64,000 bases of DNA. It comes from a virus. Its lineage: Duplodnaviria > Caudoviricetes. The stretch is from positions 61,609-125,608 of IMG/VR virus record IMGVR_UViG_3300033069_001940. One strand, written 5' to 3'. Positions 57,125 to 64,000 of the stretch are shown here, in pieces. Each line of letters starts with the position of its first letter. Position 1 is the stretch's first letter. A model generated the notes under the pieces. That model made no database searches. It was not told where the DNA came from and saw only the letters and a program-made list of their open reading frames with translations. The position numbers and the translations under genes are program-made.

Positions 57125-57460
57125 ATGTTTAATCCTCCGGCATTAATTTTGGTTAATTCAGACTTGACTGATAATGTAATTAATTATTTAAAGCGTCAAC
57201 TTTTCTTAGATAAGGTTTTGGATGGCTATGCCTGGGATCAAGAATTACAAAATGACCCAGATATAAAAGAAACTATCAAAACTAAAAATCAAAGAATCAT
57301 GGTTTATAAAAATCTTTTAGAACAAGAGAACCGTGATGTATTTGATCTAGTTTTATTTGTTAGTCAAGGGCAAGTTTATATTTTAGTTAACAAGTTTGGT
57401 CCACCGGGATTATGCTATTCGATAACTAAATTAACTTGGAATAAGTTAGGTTTTTCTTGA
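57125..57460 (+). CDS. Hypothetical protein
   Basis: 111-aa ORF. Confidence 0.7.
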   Translation: MFNPPALILVNSDLTDNVINYLKRQLFLDKVLDGYAWDQELQNDPDIKETIKTKNQRIMVYKNLLEQENRDVFDLVLFVSQGQVYILVNKFGPPGLCYSITKLTWNKLGFS

Positions 57461-57484
57461 CATCTACGCATAATGTGGTATTAT
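57457..57484 (+). promoter_or_regulatory. Sigma70-like promoter
   Basis: TTGACA-N16-TATTAT with TGn extension. Confidence 0.55.
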
Positions 57485-57507
57485 ATCCTACCCTATAAAG
57501 GATATAA

Positions 57508-58002
57508 ATGTTCTTAGAGCTAATATTGTCATTAACAATTAATTTTTTATCTACCGATTTAAAACAACCAAAAACACTAACTCCAGTTAATAAATATGAA
57601 ATAGTCCAGGTAATGGAAGATACTCATCAATCAGTTTTCCAAAAACCTGCTAAAACAAACAGAATTGCGATGGCTTGGGCTCAAATTGCATTAGAAAATG
57701 CTCAATTCCAAAAAGTTTATTCTTTTAATTTTGGCAATATCGGTTCTTCTACCGATGTGCCTCATTATATTTTAGGTGGTCATCGATTTAGAGCTTTTCC
57801 AGAACCCAAATCTGGAATGGAATATTATTGGAAAACTATTAATAATATGTGCAGTATGGCGTTTAAATATTTTGACGCCGGATTGCCAGAAGAAGCTTCT
57901 TATCAACTTCATCGTTGTGGGTACTTTAGGTCAGACCCAGAAGTTTATGCCAAAAATTTAAGAAGCTTATATTTCTATGCCCTTTCGAAAATAATCAAAT
58001 AA
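57508..58002 (+). CDS. GH73/glucosaminidase-like peptidoglycan hydrolase with N-terminal hydrophobic segment
   Basis: AQIALEN, NFGNI, FRAF, GYF..DP..Y. Confidence 0.7.
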   Translation: MFLELILSLTINFLSTDLKQPKTLTPVNKYEIVQVMEDTHQSVFQKPAKTNRIAMAWAQIALENAQFQKVYSFNFGNIGSSTDVPHYILGGHRFRAFPEPKSGMEYYWKTINNMCSMAFKYFDAGLPEEASYQLHRCGYFRSDPEVYAKNLRSLYFYALSKIIK

Positions 58003-58050
58003 ATTAAACCCAACTATACATAGTAAAACATATGTTTAGTTGAGGTGATA

Positions 58051-58752
58051 ATGTATAACGAAAAACCAAATGACCCATTATTTGTTGATGATTTTTTAAC
58101 TCCATTAACAGAAGAACAAGCTGCCGCTGTTTTACGTTCTGCTTTCAAAAATTTAACTGGTAATTATCCAAGTCTTGATAGTTTAGCTATATTATGGGCG
58201 CAGTCAGCTTTAGAAACTGGAAGATGGAAATCTATACATGCTAATAATTGGGGAAATATTAAAAAGTTACCAGACATCAGATATACCTCGTTTAAATGCT
58301 CAGAATTATTAGATGGTAAGAATCAGTGGTTTTATCCTTATCACCCTCAAACTTTTTTTGCCGCATGGGATACGGCAGAAGAAGGCGCAGAGGCTTATCT
58401 TAATTTTCTTACCAAGAAGAAACGTTACGCTAATGCTTGGAAAGAAGTTTTAAATGGCAACCCAATTAAATATTGTGCCTGTATTAAAACGGCCGGATAT
58501 TTTACCGCAGATCTAATTCAATACACTAAGGGGGTAGTTTCTTTAACTGAAGAATTTAAAAGAAAGTTTTCTAATTATAGTTGGCCTGAAGAGGTTGAGG
58601 TTGATACTTCAGAATTAGATGAGCTTCCTCGAACAGAGATTATCCCTCCCGCTCTTGACCAAGAAATACCAGCACCTTCGCCGCAACCAGAGGAAATAAA
58701 ATTAGATATGTTTTCATCCATTTTAGAATTTTTGAAAAATTTCTTTAAATGA
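58051..58752 (+). CDS. GH73/glucosaminidase-like peptidoglycan hydrolase
   Basis: AQSALETG, NNWGNIK, F.A......G...Y..FL....RY, GYFTAD...Y. Confidence 0.78.
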   Translation: MYNEKPNDPLFVDDFLTPLTEEQAAAVLRSAFKNLTGNYPSLDSLAILWAQSALETGRWKSIHANNWGNIKKLPDIRYTSFKCSELLDGKNQWFYPYHPQTFFAAWDTAEEGAEAYLNFLTKKKRYANAWKEVLNGNPIKYCACIKTAGYFTADLIQYTKGVVSLTEEFKRKFSNYSWPEEVEVDTSELDELPRTEIIPPALDQEIPAPSPQPEEIKLDMFSSILEFLKNFFK

Positions 58753-59165
58753 TTGATTTAATTTTATTAATTGCAGCATTAATCTTATCTGTTAATTCAT
58801 TAATTAATAAAGAATTAGCAGATAAGATTAATTATTTTACAATTCAATTATATTCATCTATTTTTTCTATATTTTTAATACCAATCTGGTATTTTCTTAG
58901 TCAAAGTCATTTAAAAGAAGAAATTGTTTCAATCAAGAGCGTTTTTTTAATTTTTTTATCTTCGGCATTAAACGTTTTAGTTTTTATAATAATATTGTTT
59001 TGTTTAAAATTTAAACCTGCATATTATGTGAATTTTTATCTTTCAATTTATCCGATTTTTGTTCTAATATATTCTTGTTTAATTGGATTAGAAAAATTTA
59101 CTTTAAATAAATTATTGGCAATTATTTTTATATCAATTGGCATTTTCTTTTTAAGAAAACAATAG
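58749..59165 (+). CDS. EamA/DMT-like membrane protein
   Basis: About five TM segments; YP.F..I.....GLEK.T......I..I.IG. Confidence 0.7.
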   Translation: MIDLILLIAALILSVNSLINKELADKINYFTIQLYSSIFSIFLIPIWYFLSQSHLKEEIVSIKSVFLIFLSSALNVLVFIIILFCLKFKPAYYVNFYLSIYPIFVLIYSCLIGLEKFTLNKLLAIIFISIGIFFLRKQ

Positions 59166-59185
59166 ACATTAACTCGAATTATAAT

Positions 59186-59566
59186 ATGCAAAAATATTCT
59201 TCTCTTTTATTTGCAAGCTCTAAATTCTTAAAATTAGCCCAAAATAATGTTAATACACAATATTCGGGAGAGCAAGCTAAAAATGAAATTAAAACATTAG
59301 TTACTAACAAATTAGCTGAACTTTGTTCTCAATTATCACAACAAGGAGTCCAATGTACTTATATTGGCGTTACGGTTGATGTAACAAATGGCCAGCCGTC
59401 TTTTGAAGTTGATACAATGGCTGTTTCAGATGATGCCAAAATGAAATATAATCAGGAAAGTTTAAAAATTCTTAATTCTTTAAATCTTAAAGTTCAAAAA
59501 ATACTTAAAAAACATAATATAAAAGATTCATTTAAATTTGGAATAGAAGTAACTCCAACAGTTTAA
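59186..59566 (+). CDS. Hypothetical protein with N-terminal ASSKFLKLAQ peptide
   Basis: 126-aa ORF; upstream late-type motif. Confidence 0.7.
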   Translation: MQKYSSLLFASSKFLKLAQNNVNTQYSGEQAKNEIKTLVTNKLAELCSQLSQQGVQCTYIGVTVDVTNGQPSFEVDTMAVSDDAKMKYNQESLKILNSLNLKVQKILKKHNIKDSFKFGIEVTPTV

Positions 59567-59642
59567 TTTTGTCGAGGTGAATGGTATTAAATTTCTAAGA
59601 AGAGCGGTTGTACTACAACCGCTCTTTGTTTTTAAGGAAATT

Positions 59643-60524
59643 ATGAACGAACTCGAAAAAAATGCGCAGCTTAAAAAACGTTTAGAAGAATTATTAAAAT
59701 TAGCCGAAGAAAAAAGAATTGAAGAGGAAAATCTTCTTTTAGAAGAAAAGATTAAATTATTAGAATCTCAACTTCAAACCAAAGATTCAAAAAATATAAT
59801 TGAAGAGATTGTTGGCCCTCAAAAACTTCCATTTGAAGTTGAGAGTTTGCTTCTTTCATTGAAAGAAAAGCCATTAGTTAAGACCGATAACTTCCCAATT
59901 CCACTAGCAGTTAATTTGGCAACCCAAACTTTTCAAGAGCTTCTCCCTTCTCTTTTAGAAGGGTCTGTGTCGGTTAATGACCCGGATATTTTACAAGACT
60001 TTGAAATTCAATCAATTGCTAAGAGGTTAGATACCAAATCAATTAGAGCAGTTTTGAATAATTCTCATGGCGCTTCTCGTTTGCAAGAAATTATAGTTAA
60101 TAAGCAATTAAATTCTCAAATACTTTATTTAAAAGGAAAGAAAAATCTTTCATTTAAATGGTTAAACGAATTTACTTGCGATAATAAAAGATATGATTTC
60201 GAATTTAGTAATGATGATTATAAATCCACCCCTTTTACCATTGATTGTAAATGCATTACCGTGATTACTAATAATCTTTTAATTCCCAAAGATAAATTAC
60301 AAGATCCATCCAGAATGGCAGATATTTATATTTTGCATTATCTTTACTTATCAGATGACAACAAAACTTTACATTTTAAATGTCGCGGTTGGCAAGATGC
60401 CAAAACTTTAACTTGGATAATTAATCATAAAGATCAATTAAGCAATCCTGCTAATGAATTGGTCTTTCAATTCCCAGAAGGTTTAAAAATTAAACCAGCT
60501 ATCTTGAGAAATTACATGGAGTAA
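59643..60524 (+). CDS. Coiled coil + possible PD-(D/E)xK nuclease domain
   Basis: AAGGA SD before 59643; YDF...TIDCK, ADIYIL, GW. Confidence 0.5.
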   Translation: MNELEKNAQLKKRLEELLKLAEEKRIEEENLLLEEKIKLLESQLQTKDSKNIIEEIVGPQKLPFEVESLLLSLKEKPLVKTDNFPIPLAVNLATQTFQELLPSLLEGSVSVNDPDILQDFEIQSIAKRLDTKSIRAVLNNSHGASRLQEIIVNKQLNSQILYLKGKKNLSFKWLNEFTCDNKRYDFEFSNDDYKSTPFTIDCKCITVITNNLLIPKDKLQDPSRMADIYILHYLYLSDDNKTLHFKCRGWQDAKTLTWIINHKDQLSNPANELVFQFPEGLKIKPAILRNYME

Positions 60525-62381
60525 AGAGCATTTTTTAAAGAATTTTTTTGTTTCTTGAGCGATTCTTCTCATATTATAATAATCACTATCTAATGATTCT
60601 GGTTTTGCTCTGATATTTTCAATTTCAAATCCCATAGCTTCTGGAATTCTATCGTAAACATCTTTATTTCTATCAGGGATCCTGTCCCATTTTTCTTGTT
60701 GCATTTTAAAGCTAGTTAAATAAATAGGTTTCCCAATTTTATTTCCAAACTTTCTTAGCATATCTAATAAGGTAGTTAGCCAAAATTTCTTAATCGTGTT
60801 AGCCCACCAAGCGGCATTCGGCTTTTCGATATTTAAATTTTGACTGTCTAGGTCAGTTTGTAAGTTATCTACGATAATATTTCCATTGCTTTCGGAAAGT
60901 CTGGCATAACCTAAAGCTCCTGGATGATGACCTATCTTAGCAAGATGTTTTTTATAATACTCTCTGGCGCCCGAAGAGCAAGATTCTGCATATTCTAATA
61001 ATAACTCTGAAGGATAAATGACAAAAGAAGTTCCACCATGACCTAATGCGCCTGGTTCAATTTTAAAATTAACCGGAAACATTCTTAATTCTTTACCATA
61101 TAATTTTTTAGTGCGCGCGTTTTCTTCTAATTGCTTTTCACATGCCTTAATTGCGCGATCAATTCCTTCGGAAATTGGAGATTGGCTGCTGAAAAGAAAT
61201 TGAGAAATTAAATTAGGTATAAAAATTTTAGCTTCTTTATTTTGTAATCTTTTTTCTATAAAATTAACAATTTCTTCTACGCCTGAAAAAGTTTTTTTAG
61301 AAGCCAAAATCAAAATAGGAAGAATAGATTTAGAGATGGTATTGCTGTCAAACGGGATTCTGTAATCAGTAGATTCAGACATAATCACATTATGTGCCGC
61401 TCTTTGATCTTGTTTATTTAATTCTTTGGCGTCAGAATATTCTTCGAAGCAATCTCTACAATAAGCCTCTCCATCATCAGTCACGAAAACATTATCATTA
61501 CTTACTTCCGCATTGCATTCGTAGCAATTTGTAAAATATTCATTATAACATTGTGAACAATAATTATCACCATTTTCAGAAGTAATTTTATCATCATTTG
61601 TAAATATTGTTGAGCAACTTTGACATTCAAATGAATGTTCTTTGCAATAATAATGATCGTTGACAATATAAAAATCTTCCTCATCTAATGATGTAAATTC
61701 ACATTCATCTTCGTTGCAATAAATGGTATTTTCTTCAATGCAATCTAAGCAAATAGGCAAAGACTCTATATAGTGTTGGTGAAATTCTTCTTTTTTACCA
61801 ATATGATTAGCCAAATCTTGTATTTTATTTTTTAATTTTTGGGTTAATGCAATTACAATTTTCGAAACTTCTTTCATTTTATCTGAAACAGTTTTATTAG
61901 GGTCTGCGAAATAATAAAAATTTTCATAGACTAATTGTGATAGAGCATATTTGTTAATATCGACGTTTTTTGAAATTTCGTTAAGATTGTTGGTATCGGC
62001 CAAATCAAAAAAATCTTTAAAAGAATTATAAATTAATTCAATAATTTGAAAGCTGCTAAAATTATTAGTGCCAGAATATTTATTAAAATAATTTTCTAAA
62101 TAACTAAGAGATTTTCTAACGCACCTTTGTAAAGTTAGCTCTAAAACATTAATATCATAAGATGTTATTTCTATTCCGGTATAACCCTCTTCGTTATAAT
62201 ATTTTTCATAATCTGGATGTTTTTCCTCAGGTAAATCTTTAGGATTAGTGATAATATTACCGAATTCATCAGTTATTTTTTTACCGCAGATAGCACAATC
62301 CCAACCATAAGTATTAGGAACAATTTTTCTGCTAAGTTGTCCGGGTTCGTTTTGAATAAATGGAAAAGCTCTTTGAGTCAT
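60483..62381 (-). CDS. Large protein with repeated CxxC Zn fingers and C-terminal GYAR...DNLQTD domain
   Basis: ATG 62381 supported by upstream motif; multiple C..C repeats. Confidence 0.8.
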   Translation of the reverse strand: MTQRAFPFIQNEPGQLSRKIVPNTYGWDCAICGKKITDEFGNIITNPKDLPEEKHPDYEKYYNEEGYTGIEITSYDINVLELTLQRCVRKSLSYLENYFNKYSGTNNFSSFQIIELIYNSFKDFFDLADTNNLNEISKNVDINKYALSQLVYENFYYFADPNKTVSDKMKEVSKIVIALTQKLKNKIQDLANHIGKKEEFHQHYIESLPICLDCIEENTIYCNEDECEFTSLDEEDFYIVNDHYYCKEHSFECQSCSTIFTNDDKITSENGDNYCSQCYNEYFTNCYECNAEVSNDNVFVTDDGEAYCRDCFEEYSDAKELNKQDQRAAHNVIMSESTDYRIPFDSNTISKSILPILILASKKTFSGVEEIVNFIEKRLQNKEAKIFIPNLISQFLFSSQSPISEGIDRAIKACEKQLEENARTKKLYGKELRMFPVNFKIEPGALGHGGTSFVIYPSELLLEYAESCSSGAREYYKKHLAKIGHHPGALGYARLSESNGNIIVDNLQTDLDSQNLNIEKPNAAWWANTIKKFWLTTLLDMLRKFGNKIGKPIYLTSFKMQQEKWDRIPDRNKDVYDRIPEAMGFEIENIRAKPESLDSDYYNMRRIAQETKKFFKKCSLLHVISQDSWFNF

Positions 62382-62432
62382 ACTTGTAAGCAAAATTATT
62401 AGTTTATCATAGTAATATTAAGTCATTTTAGC
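62382..62432. promoter_or_regulatory. Back-to-back putative late promoters
   Basis: TAATA begins exactly 20 nt before each divergent ATG (62413 on +, 62401 on -). Confidence 0.65.
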
Positions 62433-64000
62433 ATGAAAGCAAAACAAGTTAATTTTCCATTTGTAGCAAATGAACTAATTAAAAATAAAAATAAGCATAG
62501 ACTTCATGGCGGGCACGGTTGGGAATGCGCTTCTTGTGGCAAAAAGATCACTGATGAAAATGGCGAAATCATTACCAATATAGATGAACTTCCAGAATAT
62601 CATCCTGATTATGTTTTTCCTAGACGAGAAATTACATATACTGATAAAAAAATATCAGCTAATGATATTAATGCTTTGGAGAATGTATTAAGAAAATGTT
62701 CTTTAAAAATTTTTAATTATATTTACGACAATGAATATAATGAAGAAGAACAATATCGACTATATGATCTTAGAAGAAAAATAGTTGAAGTTTTTGGAGA
62801 GATAAATGACTTATTTCAAGAATATGCTCAAAAGTATCAAATTGTTTTATCTCATTATAATATATTTGAAAATGTTTATAACTACTACAAAAAAGAAGTA
62901 AAGCAAATAATTAATGATGTAATTGAACAATGCAAACAAAATATACAAGATATTGCAAATAAAATTAATAAACAAGAAAGATTTGAAAATAATTATTTAG
63001 AAGAACTTCCTTTATGTTTAGAATGTAGAAATAAAACTCCGATTAATTGCGAAGAATCCGGCTGTGATTTTCAATCTCTTGATATAGAAGATTTTATTTT
63101 ACTAGAAGATAAATCTGGTAAAGATTTGCCCTATTGCGAAGAACATGCCCAAGAATGTAAAGGTTGCCAGAAAAATTTTCACATTCAAGATATGGAATTT
63201 GCAACTAATAGTAATGAATGGTATTGTAAAGAATGCTTTTGGGATGTATTTACAGTTTGTCATCAGTGTAACACTGTTATTTATCGCGAAGATGCACTTT
63301 ATGACGAAGATGATGAGGAAGAATATTGTCAAAATTGTTACGAAGCAAGCAACCGCCGAGAAAAAGGAATAGATAGCGAATTAACAAAAGAAGAAGAAAA
63401 TATAGCTGAAGATTTTGTTAATAATATAAATCAAAATCAATATTTCCCATTAGATGAAAATACTTTACTTAAATCAGTTATTCCGACATTTAAATTAGCT
63501 GCTAATAAATCTTTTAAATCCATTAATGATTTGTTAAACTTTTTAGAAAAAAGAATACAATCTAAAGATGCCAAAGCTGCTATTTTAGCGATACTAAATG
63601 AACAGACAGACCCAAAATCAGCAATTGACTTCGCTCTATCAAATTTTGAAAAACAAATACAAGAATATCAGTCTCAGAAGGAAATTTACGGAAAGCCATT
63701 AAGAATGTATCCAGTTAAATTTAAGCTGGAAGCCGGAAAAATGCACGGAGGCCATGTATTTGCTATTTATCCAACTAATCAGTTTCTTAATTATGCTGAC
63801 GCTTTAGTGCCTGGTGCTAAAGCTTTTTATTTGAGCACATTAAATCATAAAGGGCATCATAAAGGAGCCTTAGCTTATGCCAGATTCTCAATTAGTAATG
63901 ATGTAATTGTGGTAGATAATTTACAAACTGATTTGGATTCTCAAAGTCTAGGAGAACGTCCTGAGGAAAAGTATTGGGCAACAACGATTAAAAAGTTTTG
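62433..64000 (+). CDS. Paralog of 60483-62381 (runs off window; missing from ORF track)
   Basis: GWECASCGKKITDENGEIITN..ELPEYHPDY vs GWDCAICGKKITDEFGNIITN..DLPEEKHPDY; ALAYARF...VVDNLQTDLDSQ. Confidence 0.88.
   Translation, partial: MKAKQVNFPFVANELIKNKNKHRLHGGHGWECASCGKKITDENGEIITNIDELPEYHPDYVFPRREITYTDKKISANDINALENVLRKCSLKIFNYIYDNEYNEEEQYRLYDLRRKIVEVFGEINDLFQEYAQKYQIVLSHYNIFENVYNYYKKEVKQIINDVIEQCKQNIQDIANKINKQERFENNYLEELPLCLECRNKTPINCEESGCDFQSLDIEDFILLEDKSGKDLPYCEEHAQECKGCQKNFHIQDMEFATNSNEWYCKECFWDVFTVCHQCNTVIYREDALYDEDDEEEYCQNCYEASNRREKGIDSELTKEEENIAEDFVNNINQNQYFPLDENTLLKSVIPTFKLAANKSFKSINDLLNFLEKRIQSKDAKAAILAILNEQTDPKSAIDFALSNFEKQIQEYQSQKEIYGKPLRMYPVKFKLEAGKMHGGHVFAIYPTNQFLNYADALVPGAKAFYLSTLNHKGHHKGALAYARFSISNDVIVVDNLQTDLDSQSLGERPEEKYWATTIKKF

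Noticed and set aside
61850-61868. Near match (15 nt exact, 18 with one bulge) to the TnpB guide inside the Zn-finger gene
   Set aside because: No TTTAT motif adjacent and the mismatch/bulge falls in the TAM-proximal seed; plausible chance match in AT-rich DNA
2108-63372. Short antisense or alternate-frame ORFs in the track (e.g. 2108, 3283, 9192, 24073, 39410, 43025, 54318, 55123, 63102, 63145)
   Set aside because: They lie within well-supported genes and lack RBS or motifs; treated as shadow ORFs
1-64000. tRNA genes, DGR template/variable repeats, reverse transcriptase
   Set aside because: No cloverleaf, adenine-specific repeat pair or RT motif seen by eye; tRNAscan-SE and a self dot-plot would be needed to exclude them formally

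Overview
AT-rich (roughly 30% GC by eye), gene-dense segment of a large (jumbo-type) dsDNA bacteriophage genome in the standard genetic code. Most genes are on the + strand with ATGA-type overlaps. It contains a replication block (SF2 helicase, DnaC-like loader, DnaB), a phage sigma factor, nucleotide metabolism (class II RNR, ThyA, DHFR, IMPDH/GMP reductase family, MazG-like, HD nucleotidase, a divergent NadE), translation and RNA-repair genes (Map, EF-Ts, CCA-adding enzyme, PNK/phosphatase, 2H phosphoesterase, TROVE-like and Hfq-like proteins), several cell-wall hydrolases, a MoxR/VWA pair and many small hypothetical genes. Mobile DNA: a tnpB-only IS200/IS605 element splitting the fpg gene, a 51-bp mini-derivative and an orphan right-end copy of it, a GIY-YIG endonuclease between thyA and folA, and a double-HNH endonuclease cassette that supplied a replacement 5' end for the exonuclease gene it invaded. 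Most notable is a candidate late regulon: about nine genes share a fixed-position upstream motif (ATAAT-N5-ATT-N5-ATG), mostly without a Shine-Dalgarno. Several of their products carry an amphipathic 'KLA..F.K.A'-like peptide, which also forms the linker of an unusual CHAP amidase/CCA-adding enzyme fusion. I infer a capsid-targeting/processing signal for virion-delivered enzymes. A minimal serpin-like protein is also present. No tRNA, rRNA or CRISPR array was recognised. All family calls rest on motif recognition by eye, not database searches.
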